Assembly (NCBI GenBank): GCA_964617355.1 | Contig: CAZTXP010000037.1 | Location: forward strand, 2,270-66,269 | Direction: 5' to 3' | DNA from: an uncultured Enterobacteriaceae bacterium | GTDB lineage: Bacteria; Pseudomonadota; Gammaproteobacteria; Burkholderiales; SG8-39 | DNA length: 64,000 nucleotides | In this document: piece by piece, positions 55,994 to 64,000 of the stretch | Layout: every line of letters begins with the position of its first letter | How positions within the stretch are numbered: position 1 is the first letter of the stretch | The notes under the pieces: generated by a model | Databases searched by the model: none | Told to the model about the DNA's origin: nothing | Seen by the model: only the letters and a program-made list of their open reading frames with translations | Position numbers and translations under genes: made by a program

Positions 55994-56440
55994 CTACTCC
56001 AGTTCCCGCAGCTTGATGCCTTCCATGTTCTGCACGATCGGCTTCCCGCCGGCGCAGAGCACCGAAGCCTCCTCGCGGCCGTTGATGACGACCGTCACCC
56101 CGCCGCCATCCGGATGCTTGTCGTCCAGCCGGTCCATGCCCCAGAAGACGTCGTAGACGGTATTGCCGTTGGGCACCTGCACGGAATACGAGATGCTGCG
56201 CCCGATGCCCTTCCACTGGCGCGTGGACGCATCCTTGCGCAAGGCGCGCACCACGATCTCCGGCTTCCTGCCCGGCACGCCGAACGAATAGTCGATCGTC
56301 TTGCCGGAGTCGCAGACCTCGATCTGCTTGCCGCGCGAGGTGAGGCACGAGAAGACCGTCTCCGTGCCCTTCTCGCACGCGGCGAGCGCGAGCGACGGCC
56401 CGAGCGCGACCGCGGCCGCGACCACCCACCGAGCGATCAA
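55994..56440 (-). CDS. Hypothetical exported protein with Cys pairs
   Basis: Signal peptide ending LALAAC; VFSC...GKQIEVC, YSFG; TTGA overlap with pap. Confidence 0.65.
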   Translation of the reverse strand: MIARWVVAAAVALGPSLALAACEKGTETVFSCLTSRGKQIEVCDSGKTIDYSFGVPGRKPEIVVRALRKDASTRQWKGIGRSISYSVQVPNGNTVYDVFWGMDRLDDKHPDGGGVTVVINGREEASVLCAGGKPIVQNMEGIKLRELE

Positions 56441-57954
56441 GACTTCTTCGCCTTCTTCTTCGCACCCTCGATCGCGTTCTCGACCGCGTCCACGACCGTC
56501 TTCACGATCTTGGCGCGCGCCCAGTACTTGTCGTTCGCCTCGATCAGCACCCACGGCGCGTGCGAAGTGCTGGTGCGCTCGATCATGTCGGACGCGGCCA
56601 CCTGGTAGCCGTCCCACTTCTCGCGGTTGCGCCAGTCCTCGGCGGTGATCTTGAACTGCTTGAAGCGCGTGCGCTCGCGCATCTTGAAGCGCCGGTGCTG
56701 CTCGGCCTTGGAGATCTGCAGCCAGAACTTCAGCACGATGGCGCCGTTCTTGGCGAGCTGCTCCTCGAAGTCGTTGATCTCGGCGTAGGCGCGCATCCAG
56801 TCGGCCTCGGAGCAGAAGCCCTCGATGCGCTCGACCAGCACGCGCCCGTACCACGAGCGGTCGTAGATCGTGTAGCGCCCCTTGCGCGGCACGTGCCGCC
56901 AGAAGCGCCACAGGTAGGGCTGCGCGCGCTCCTCGTCGGTGGGCGCGGCGATCGGGATCACGTTGTAGAGCCGCGCGTCCAGCGCCGCGGTGATGCGCCG
57001 GATCGCCCCGCCCTTGCCGGCGGCATCCATGCCCTCGAACACGCAGACCACGGTGCGGTCCTTGAACGCCGGGTCGCGCGTCAGGCGCGCGAGCTTCGCC
57101 TGTTGCTTCTCGAGTTGCTTGGCGTACTTCGGCTTCGGCATCGCGGCCGAAAGATCCATGCGATCGAGGATGCGCACGCGGTCGGCCGGTTCGGTGAGCG
57201 GCGCGGCGAGCGACGCGGCCATGGGTTTCTGCCCCGCGGCCTTCTGCGCGATGCGCTTCTGCAGCGCCTGCAGGATGGTCTTGCCCACGGTGACGGCGCG
57301 GTACTCGGGGTCCGAGCCCTCGACCACGATCCACGGCGCGGCGGCGGTGCTGGTCTCGCGCAGGGTGTCTTCGCTCACGCGGTAGAAGCGGTCGTACATC
57401 TTGAAGAAGTCCCAGTCGCGCTCGCTGATCTTCCAGCTCGTGTCCGGGTCGCTCTCGAGCTTCTTCAGGCGCTTTCGCTGCGCCTTCTTCGACAGGTGGA
57501 ACCAGAATTTCAGGATCAGCGCGCCGCCGTCGGCGAGCATGCGCTCGAAGTGGTTGATCTCCTCGATCGCCTGCACCTGCTCGGCCTTGCCGGTGCGGTG
57601 GAACACGCGGTCGATGATCGGCGCGGTGTACCACGAGCCGAACAGCATGCCGATCTTGCCCTTCGGGGGCAGCGCGCGCCAGTAGCGCCACATCGGCGGG
57701 CGCTCGCGCTCCTCGTCGGTGGGGTTGTCGAACGCATGCGTGTGGATGTGGCGAGGGTCCATCCACTCGTTCAGCAGGTTGACCGTCTCGCCCTTGCCGG
57801 CGCCGCGCACGCCCGAGATCAGGATGATCACCGGGAACGAGCCGTCCTTGGACAGCGCGAACTGCGCGTCCAGCAGGTCGGCGCGCAGCTTCGGCTCGAT
57901 GCGCTTGTATTCGCCCTTGGAGAGCTTGTGGCCGATCTCTGCAGCTTCGAACAT
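56437..57954 (-). CDS. pap: Polyphosphate:AMP phosphotransferase (class II PPK2, two domains)
   Basis: GAGKGETV and EGMDAAGKGG Walker A motifs, WY, DRSWY, KFWLQIS, N-terminal MFEAAEIGHKL. Confidence 0.93.
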   Translation of the reverse strand: MFEAAEIGHKLSKGEYKRIEPKLRADLLDAQFALSKDGSFPVIILISGVRGAGKGETVNLLNEWMDPRHIHTHAFDNPTDEERERPPMWRYWRALPPKGKIGMLFGSWYTAPIIDRVFHRTGKAEQVQAIEEINHFERMLADGGALILKFWFHLSKKAQRKRLKKLESDPDTSWKISERDWDFFKMYDRFYRVSEDTLRETSTAAAPWIVVEGSDPEYRAVTVGKTILQALQKRIAQKAAGQKPMAASLAAPLTEPADRVRILDRMDLSAAMPKPKYAKQLEKQQAKLARLTRDPAFKDRTVVCVFEGMDAAGKGGAIRRITAALDARLYNVIPIAAPTDEERAQPYLWRFWRHVPRKGRYTIYDRSWYGRVLVERIEGFCSEADWMRAYAEINDFEEQLAKNGAIVLKFWLQISKAEQHRRFKMRERTRFKQFKITAEDWRNREKWDGYQVAASDMIERTSTSHAPWVLIEANDKYWARAKIVKTVVDAVENAIEGAKKKAKKS

Positions 57955-58045
57955 GGCGGATCTCCCGACGGAACGATGACCTAGGATAAACGAAGGGTGG
58001 ACCGACCCGCCCCGCGCGGGATTGACCCAGATCAGATCGCCGGCG

Positions 58046-58516
58046 CTACAGCGCTGGCTTGGCCACCATCAGCCAGACGATGGCGAGCACCGCGGCGAAC
58101 GCGGGCCAGCCGAGGCCGAACCACCAGCGCATCACGCGGTGGTAGGCGGCCGGCAGCGGCGCGCGCTCGCGGGCGGCCTGCGCGGCGAGATCGCGCGCGC
58201 GCAGCTGCAGCCACACCACCGGCAGCCAGCAGGCGCCGGTGAAGACGAAGAGCCCGATCGCCCACGCGAGCCAGGGCGTCGACAGCGGGAAACCCGCGAC
58301 AAGCGCGAGCGCCACGCCGCTGGCGAACTGCACCAGCACCGCCGGCGCCGTAAAGCAGAAATCGGCGAGCACCACGATGCGCGCCACGGCGGCCACCGTC
58401 GCCGCGTCGCGCGTCGCGTGCGCGCGCCACATGAAGAACGCGATGCCGGCGCCGGTGCCGAGCAGCACGCAGGCGGAGACCACGTGCAGTGACTTGAGCA
58501 GCAGGTAGGTATTCAC
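58046..58516 (-). CDS. DUF2269-family integral membrane protein
   Basis: LKSLHV....LLGTGAGIAFF, AD..FTAP, WW..LGWPAF, LMVAKP. Confidence 0.85.
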   Translation of the reverse strand: MNTYLLLKSLHVVSACVLLGTGAGIAFFMWRAHATRDAATVAAVARIVVLADFCFTAPAVLVQFASGVALALVAGFPLSTPWLAWAIGLFVFTGACWLPVVWLQLRARDLAAQAARERAPLPAAYHRVMRWWFGLGWPAFAAVLAIVWLMVAKPAL

Positions 58517-59802
58517 GAGGCCCCGCGCGGCCGCTGCCAGGCGAGCACGAAGAGAAGCAGCGGCAGGATCGCCGCGTTCTTCACGAGACCCCCCAGCGGC
58601 TCCAGCCAGAACGCCGGCCACAAGAGGCCGGTGACCACGGTGTAGCCGGCGACGCTGCCGAGCATCAGCCAAGCGGCAAGCGTCGCGCTGCGCGGATGCA
58701 GCACCGCGAGCCCGAGCGCGAGGTCGAGCGCCGACAAGGCGCGCACCAGCGGCGGCCCGGCCTCGGCCGGCAATCCGCCCTGCACCGCGAGCGCGCGCAG
58801 GTCCGCCACCGGCGCTGCAAAGCCGGCAATCGCCGAGCCGAGCCAGACGAAGGCGAGCGCGAGGATCGCGACCGGATAGAGGAGATACAGGCTGGCGTGC
58901 GCGCGGTCCTGCGCCTCGGCGGGGCGCGCCGCGAGCGCGGCCTCGAGCGAGCGCGGCGCGACGCCGAGAAGCGCGTGCATGCGCTCGGCCGCACCGGGTG
59001 CGCCGACGTTGCCGCGCGCGAGCATGCGCTGCATGGTGCGCCCGAGCGGCCCGCGGCCGAGCGCCTCGCCGACGCCGCAGGCGATGCCGACCAGCGCCTG
59101 CGGCACGCGCAGCACGCGCGCCGGGCCGGCGCCTAGCCAGCGGCGCCACGCGAGCAGGTATTCGAGGAGCGTGAGTTCTGCTGGGCCGACGATTTCGATC
59201 ACCTGCCCGCGCGCCTCGGGGCGCTCGAGCGCGCCGACGACGCAGGCGGCGAGGTCGTCGCGGTCCACCGGCTGCAGCCTCTGCGTGCCCTCGCCCGGCA
59301 CCGCGAGCACCCAAGGCACGCAGGCCATCGCGCGCAAGAGCGACGTTCCGCCGTAGCTGCCGGCGGCGCTGTAGACCACCGAGGGCCGCAGCACGACCGC
59401 GTCGAGGCCGGCGGCGAGCAGGGCCTCGTCGCCGCGATGCTTGGAGGCGATGAACTCGCCGTCGCGCGCGTCGCCGATCGCGGACACCTGCACCACGCGG
59501 CGCACGCCCGCCGCGCGGCAGGCCTCGAAGAGCGCGCGCGGCGCATGGTGATGCACGGCTTCGAAGGTGGCGCCGCCGGCCTCGCGCAGGATGCCGGCGC
59601 AGTTGACCACGGCGTCGATGCCTTGCAGGCGCGGGGCCCAGTCAGCGGGGTCGACGTCGCGGGAGAGGTCGCAAGCAATGGCCTGCGAATCACCTTCGCG
59701 TGGATGGCGCACGCCCTTCACGACCTGCCAACCGGCTTGAACAAGTGCTGCGGCAATCCCGGCGCCAATGAACCCGTTGGCGCCCAGGAGCAGAACCCGC
59801 CC
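58513..59802 (-). CDS. NAD-dependent epimerase/SDR fused to a DoxX-like membrane domain; canonical start codon missing
   Basis: In-frame RVLLLGANGFIG lies upstream of the listed GTG (59721); VVNCAGIL, SKHRGD, LRPSVVY, QPVD; hydrophobic C-terminus ending P.GGLVKN. Confidence 0.75.
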   Translation of the reverse strand, partial: GRVLLLGANGFIGAGIAAALVQAGWQVVKGVRHPREGDSQAIACDLSRDVDPADWAPRLQGIDAVVNCAGILREAGGATFEAVHHHAPRALFEACRAAGVRRVVQVSAIGDARDGEFIASKHRGDEALLAAGLDAVVLRPSVVYSAAGSYGGTSLLRAMACVPWVLAVPGEGTQRLQPVDRDDLAACVVGALERPEARGQVIEIVGPAELTLLEYLLAWRRWLGAGPARVLRVPQALVGIACGVGEALGRGPLGRTMQRMLARGNVGAPGAAERMHALLGVAPRSLEAALAARPAEAQDRAHASLYLLYPVAILALAFVWLGSAIAGFAAPVADLRALAVQGGLPAEAGPPLVRALSALDLALGLAVLHPRSATLAAWLMLGSVAGYTVVTGLLWPAFWLEPLGGLVKNAAILPLLLFVLAWQRPRGAS

Positions 59803-59809
59803 TCGTCCT

Positions 59810-60313
59810 TCAGCGGACGCGATAAACCTCGTCGGCGAAACTGCCGCGCGAAACTTCCAGCTGCGCGCGCTTCTTGTCGAGCATCGAGGTCAGCAGGGCG
59901 CGGTCGCGGCCGTTCTCCCAGAGGACCTTGGTGATCTCGCGGTCCTCCTTGCCCTTCTTGGAGATGATGTCCTTGGTCTCGGACCTGGGTGCGCCCCAGT
60001 CGCCGCGCAGGCCGCCAACCATCTTGGGCGTGTCCTTGCTGTCGAAGCGCACGTCGAAGGCGACGATGCTGCCGGCCTTCAGGTAGTAGGTGATGCGCGA
60101 CTCGATGCCCTGCACCACGACCTTGGAATCGTCGCAGCGGCGGTCGGCGGCGTCGGTCTTCCACTCGAGCGGCTTGCAGTGCGCAGCCGGGTAGCGCTTC
60201 TTGACGTCGGACTCCGCGCCGCCGAGGCCGACGCCGTTCACGGGGTAGGCCATCTGCGCGTGCGCGGGCAGCGCGAACGCGGCGGCAAGGACGATCCAGG
60301 CGAGGAGTTTCAT
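59810..60313 (-). CDS. Hypothetical exported protein
   Basis: Signal peptide MKLLAWIVLAAAFALPAHAQ; one Cys pair. Confidence 0.7.
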   Translation of the reverse strand: MKLLAWIVLAAAFALPAHAQMAYPVNGVGLGGAESDVKKRYPAAHCKPLEWKTDAADRRCDDSKVVVQGIESRITYYLKAGSIVAFDVRFDSKDTPKMVGGLRGDWGAPRSETKDIISKKGKEDREITKVLWENGRDRALLTSMLDKKRAQLEVSRGSFADEVYRVR

Positions 60314-60873
60314 CGACGGTGCCGGAAGCAGGTGCTGACGTGGTCGTCGGCCATGCCGACAGCCTGCATGAAAGCATACATGATGGTCGTCCCGACGAAG
60401 CGGAACCCCCGCTTCTTCAGGTCCTTGGACAACGCATCCGACACTTCGGTTCGCGCGGGGATGTCGGCCATGGTCTTCCTCAACGCGCGAACCGGCTTTC
60501 CGCCGACGAAACCCCACACGTAGGTCGAGAAACTCCCGAACTCGCGCTGCACCTCGAGGAAGGCCTGCGCGTTGGTCACCGAGGACTCGATCTTCAGGCG
60601 GTTCCGGACGATGCCGGCGTCGTTCATGAGCGCGCGCTTCTTCGCCGCGCCGTAGCGCGCCACTTTCGCGGGATCGAAGCCGTCGTAGGCGCGGCGGTAG
60701 TTCTCGCGCTTGGCGAGGATGGTGTCCCAGGACAGGCCCGCCTGCGCGCCTTCCAGCAGCAGGAACTCGAACAGCACGCGGTCGTCCTTCACCGGACGGC
60801 CCCACTCCTTGTCGTGGTACTCGATCGCGAGCGGATTGCGCGCCCAGCCGCAGCGCGATTTCTCCTTGGCCAT
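60310..60873 (-). CDS. tag: DNA-3-methyladenine glycosylase I
   Basis: RCGWA, YHD.EWG, LEGAQAGLSW.TIL.KR, IVRNRLKI, GFRFVGTTI.YAFMQAVG...DH...CF. Confidence 0.95.
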   Translation of the reverse strand: MAKEKSRCGWARNPLAIEYHDKEWGRPVKDDRVLFEFLLLEGAQAGLSWDTILAKRENYRRAYDGFDPAKVARYGAAKKRALMNDAGIVRNRLKIESSVTNAQAFLEVQREFGSFSTYVWGFVGGKPVRALRKTMADIPARTEVSDALSKDLKKRGFRFVGTTIMYAFMQAVGMADDHVSTCFRHRR

Positions 60874-62183
60874 CAGACCAGCCCGATCTTCTGTTCCTGC
60901 AGCACCGACAGCAGGCGCCCGCCGAGCATCGAGATGCGGTCGGCCATGATCGACAGGAAAGCCTCGGTGAAGCGCGCCCGGCAGGGTTCCGACAACGCGT
61001 CGATGTCCGCGACGCGCAAGGACAGCGTCCAGCTCGGCTCGACCGCGGTCACCGTGGCGCTGCGCCGGCTGTAGCCGCGGCGCGCGTAGGCCATCTCGCC
61101 GACGCATTCGCCCGGGCTCACCGCGTTGAGCAGCTTGCCGCGCTGCGTGACCTTCAGGAGGCCCGTGGCGACGACGAACACGTGGTCGTCCTCGGTGCCC
61201 TCCTCGATCAGCGTGGTGCCGGGCGCGTACTTGGTGCAGCGACCGATGCGCACCACCTCCCACAACTCGCTGTCGTCGAAGCGGCGGAAGAAGCCCAGGC
61301 GCCGCATGGCGTTGTATTCCTCGACGTCCGAGAGCCGGTCGGCCTCGTCCTCGCGGTCATGGGCGACGTGCGGCTCGAGCGCCTGCGCGAACTCCTCCCA
61401 GCTGGCGTAGCGGCTGTCGCGCGTCTTGCCCAGCGCGCGGCGCACGATGGCGTCGAACTCGGGCGGCAGGCCCTGTCGCAGCTCGGAGGGCGGCGGCGGC
61501 TCGGCCTGCAGGATCGCCTCCATCAGCTCGAACGCGGTGCCGCCGCTGAACGGCTTGTAGCCGGTGAGCATGTGGTAGATCACCGCGCCGAGCGAGAACA
61601 TGTCGGAGCGGAAGTCGATCTCCTCGCCGCGGATCTGCTCGGGCGACATGTACGCCGGCGATCCCACGCCCGACACCTGCGTCACCTCGGCCTTCGACAC
61701 CTGCGCCGCGCCGAAGTCGGCCACCTTGATGTCGTAGTCGTCGGTGATCATGATGTTCGCCGGCTTGATGTCGCGATGCACGACGCCCACCGAGTTGGCG
61801 TACTCGAGCGCGCGGCAGCACTTGTAGGCGATCTGCGCGACGCGCGCCGGCGGCAGCAGCTCGCTCGGCTCGCACAGCGGCGCGAGCGACGTGCCCTTGA
61901 GCACTTCCATCACGAGGTAGCGCAGTTCCTGCCCGTCGACCACGTCGACGCCGGCGTCGAGGATGCTGACGATGTGCGGGTGGCGCAGCTTCCCCGCGAG
62001 CGAGGATTCGTTCTGGAAGAAGCGCGTCTGGCGGCGCGCCTCCTCGGGGTCGGCCGCCGGCGAATCGAGCACCTTGACCGCCACGTCGGTCATCGAGAAC
62101 GGGTCGGTGGCGAGGTACACCGAGCCGGTGGCGCCGCGGCCGAGCAGCTTCCTGACCTGGTACTTGCCGATGCGATCCAGCAT
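60873..62183 (-). CDS. Hanks-type Ser/Thr kinase with C-terminal cyclic-nucleotide-binding domain
   Basis: LGRGATGSVY, VAVK, HRDIKPAN, DFG, GSPAYMSPE; then EG....VF, G..VGEM, RSATV. Confidence 0.9.
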   Translation of the reverse strand: MLDRIGKYQVRKLLGRGATGSVYLATDPFSMTDVAVKVLDSPAADPEEARRQTRFFQNESSLAGKLRHPHIVSILDAGVDVVDGQELRYLVMEVLKGTSLAPLCEPSELLPPARVAQIAYKCCRALEYANSVGVVHRDIKPANIMITDDYDIKVADFGAAQVSKAEVTQVSGVGSPAYMSPEQIRGEEIDFRSDMFSLGAVIYHMLTGYKPFSGGTAFELMEAILQAEPPPPSELRQGLPPEFDAIVRRALGKTRDSRYASWEEFAQALEPHVAHDREDEADRLSDVEEYNAMRRLGFFRRFDDSELWEVVRIGRCTKYAPGTTLIEEGTEDDHVFVVATGLLKVTQRGKLLNAVSPGECVGEMAYARRGYSRRSATVTAVEPSWTLSLRVADIDALSEPCRARFTEAFLSIMADRISMLGGRLLSVLQEQKIGLV

Positions 62184-62246
62184 GGGGCCGCCATGCTACC
62201 GCGGCGCCCCGCGGCCGGGGGACCGCGGAAACAAACCTTTACCCTG

Positions 62247-62933
62247 CTAGGCGATTTTCACGTCGCGCGCGAAGCCGCCGTGCAGGTCGAGCACGCGCTC
62301 GCGCCACTGGCGCAGCGGATCGTCGGACGATGGGAGCACTTCGGTCGGGCTCATGACGCGCGCCCACTGCAACACCGAGAACAGCACGTAGTCCGCGTAG
62401 GCCGGCGCCGGGCCGCAGATCCACGGCTGGCGCTTCAGCGTGGAGCGCATCGAATCGACCGCCTTCGAGAAGCGCTCCCGCGCCTGCGGCGCCGCGGTGC
62501 CGGCCTCCTCGATCGTCTTGCCGAGGTACTTCTCCATGTTGCCGCGGAAGTGCTCGCGGTCCGCGGGGTCGATGCGCTCGAAGATGTCGGCGACGATCGC
62601 CGGCAGCATCGCTGGCACGACGACGCGGTCGACCCAGGTGTTGAAGGTGAACGCGAGGCCCTGCCCGATCGCGCCGCCGAACAGCGGGAAGCCGCCCGGG
62701 TATTGCGCCTCGAGGTGCTGCGCGATGGCCCACGAGTCGCGCACGATGGCCGCGCCGTCGCGGATCACCGGCACGGTCTTGCCGCCGGAGAACTCGATCG
62801 CCTTCTTGTCGCTCATCAGCACGGTCTGCGTGTCGAAGGGCAGGCCCTTGTGCTTGAGCGCCATGCGCGTGCGCCACGAGAAGAGGCTGTAGCGGCGGTC
62901 GTCGCGGCCGCGCAGTTCGAACAGCGTGATCAT
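62247..62933 (-). CDS. Glutathione S-transferase (etherase/LigE-like)
   Basis: YSLFSWRTRMALKHKG, TVPVI.DG, DSWAIAQHLE, PAYADY.LF...QWAR. Confidence 0.85.
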   Translation of the reverse strand: MITLFELRGRDDRRYSLFSWRTRMALKHKGLPFDTQTVLMSDKKAIEFSGGKTVPVIRDGAAIVRDSWAIAQHLEAQYPGGFPLFGGAIGQGLAFTFNTWVDRVVVPAMLPAIVADIFERIDPADREHFRGNMEKYLGKTIEEAGTAAPQARERFSKAVDSMRSTLKRQPWICGPAPAYADYVLFSVLQWARVMSPTEVLPSSDDPLRQWRERVLDLHGGFARDVKIA

Positions 62934-62951
62934 CGATCCCTCGTTTCCGGT

Positions 62952-64000
62952 TCAGGCGGCGCGCTTGGCCGGCGCGTCCTTGGCTTCGTGCGTCGGCGGC
63001 TTCAGCGCCTCGCGCGCGGCCTTCCATTCCTCGCGGTCGCGCTGCGCCAGGCGATACGCCTGGTCGCGCCCCGAGAGGTAGGCCGGGTGCCAGTGCTGGC
63101 CTGCGTGTTGATACCACGCGGAGGCCTGCAGCGTGAAGTAGGGATTCGAGAGATGTGGCCGCGCGAGCGCGACGAGGTCGGCGCGACCCGACACGACGAT
63201 GGTGTTCACCTGGTCGGCTGTCGTGATGTTCCCGACAGCCATGGTGGCGATACCCACCTCGTTCCTCACCTTGTCGGCAAACGGCACCTGGTACATGCGG
63301 CCGTACACCGGCTTCTGCTCCGGCACCACCTGCCCGGTGGAGACGTCGACCAGGTCGGCGCCCGCGGCCTTGAAGGCGCGCGCGATGGCGAGGAGGTCCG
63401 CCTCCGACAGCCCGCCCGGCGCCCAGTCGGTGGCCGAGATGCGCACCGACATGGGCTTCTCCTGCGGCCACGCGTCGCGGCAGGCCTTGAAAACCTCGAG
63501 CGGAAAGCGCAGGCGCTTGTCGACCGAGCCGCCGTACTCGTCGCTGCGACGATTGGTGAGCGGCGACAGGAAGCTCGACAAGAGATACCCATGCGCGCAG
63601 TGGATCTCGAGCATGTCGAAGCCCGCCTGGTGCGCAAGCTTCGTCGCGTTCACGAATTCGTCGCGCACGCGATCCATGTCGTCGCGCGTCATCTCGCGCG
63701 GCATCGGCGAGTAGTCGGCGTAGGGCAGCGCCGAGGGCGCGATCACCTCCCAGTTGCCGGCGGGCAGCGGGTGGTCCATCTGCTCCCAGCCGAGCTGCGT
63801 CGAGCCCTTGCGCCCGCCGTGCCCGATCTGCAGGCAGAGCCTGGCCTTCGACTGCGCATGGCAGAAGTCGACGATGCGCTTCCACGCCTGCATCTGCGCC
63901 TCGTTCCAGATCCCGGTGCAGCCCGGCGTGATGCGCGCCTCGGGCGAGGTGCAGGTCATCTCGGTGTAGACGAGCCCGGCGCCGCCGACCGCACGGCTGC
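62952..64000 (-). CDS. OYE-like C-terminal domain of a salicylyl-CoA 5-hydroxylase/2-aminobenzoyl-CoA monooxygenase-type enzyme (partial)
   Basis: GHGGRKGST, HCAHGYLLSSFLSPLTN.R.DEYGG, RISATDW, DVSTGQ, GRADLVALARPHL; truncated by the window end. Confidence 0.82.
   Translation of the reverse strand, partial: SRAVGGAGLVYTEMTCTSPEARITPGCTGIWNEAQMQAWKRIVDFCHAQSKARLCLQIGHGGRKGSTQLGWEQMDHPLPAGNWEVIAPSALPYADYSPMPREMTRDDMDRVRDEFVNATKLAHQAGFDMLEIHCAHGYLLSSFLSPLTNRRSDEYGGSVDKRLRFPLEVFKACRDAWPQEKPMSVRISATDWAPGGLSEADLLAIARAFKAAGADLVDVSTGQVVPEQKPVYGRMYQVPFADKVRNEVGIATMAVGNITTADQVNTIVVSGRADLVALARPHLSNPYFTLQASAWYQHAGQHWHPAYLSGRDQAYRLAQRDREEWKAAREALKPPTHEAKDAPAKRAA

Noticed and set aside
1-64000. tRNA, rRNA, IS transposase or prophage genes
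   Set aside because: No cloverleaf or rRNA-like segments and no transposase, integrase or phage structural motifs were recognised.

Overview
This is high-GC bacterial DNA, probably betaproteobacterial (three Bug/TctC receptors, heterotetrameric sarcosine oxidase, class II PPK2). 1-20 kb is an N-methylated amine/amide catabolic cluster: partial LysR, N-carbamoylsarcosine amidase, L-serine dehydratase, Bug, M19 dipeptidase, PotABCD-like ABC transporter, GlxA/GbdR-type AraC regulator, soxBDAG, amidohydrolase, CobW, MFS and amidase. 20-45 kb is mixed metabolism: a DUF2975/XRE pair, a DauA-like oxidase, a Rieske oxygenase alpha/beta pair, a BRO-like membrane protein-cls-glycosyltransferase run, a catabolic operon (aldolase, Bug, PhzS-like monooxygenase, ABM, ICL-family lyase, LeuCD-like hydratase), an orphan sensor kinase and a rhodanese. 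45.5-55.6 kb is an accessory region whose genes all lie on the minus strand. It holds an orphan ParD, BrnTA, an Ivy-like gene and many small exported or membrane genes. It ends in a visibly lower-GC integron-type cassette array (about 51.1-55.5 kb) with 4 good and 3 decayed attC sites, an attI-like site and no integrase in the window (CALIN-like); several cassette genes look defence-related. A roughly 290-nt multi-hairpin non-coding element sits where intI would be expected. 56-64 kb is housekeeping: pap/ppk2, DUF2269, SDR-DoxX, tag, Ser/Thr kinase-cNMP, GST, and the 3' part of a salicylyl-CoA 5-hydroxylase-type gene. No rRNA, tRNA or CRISPR array was seen. All family assignments come from motif recognition and recall, not from database searches.
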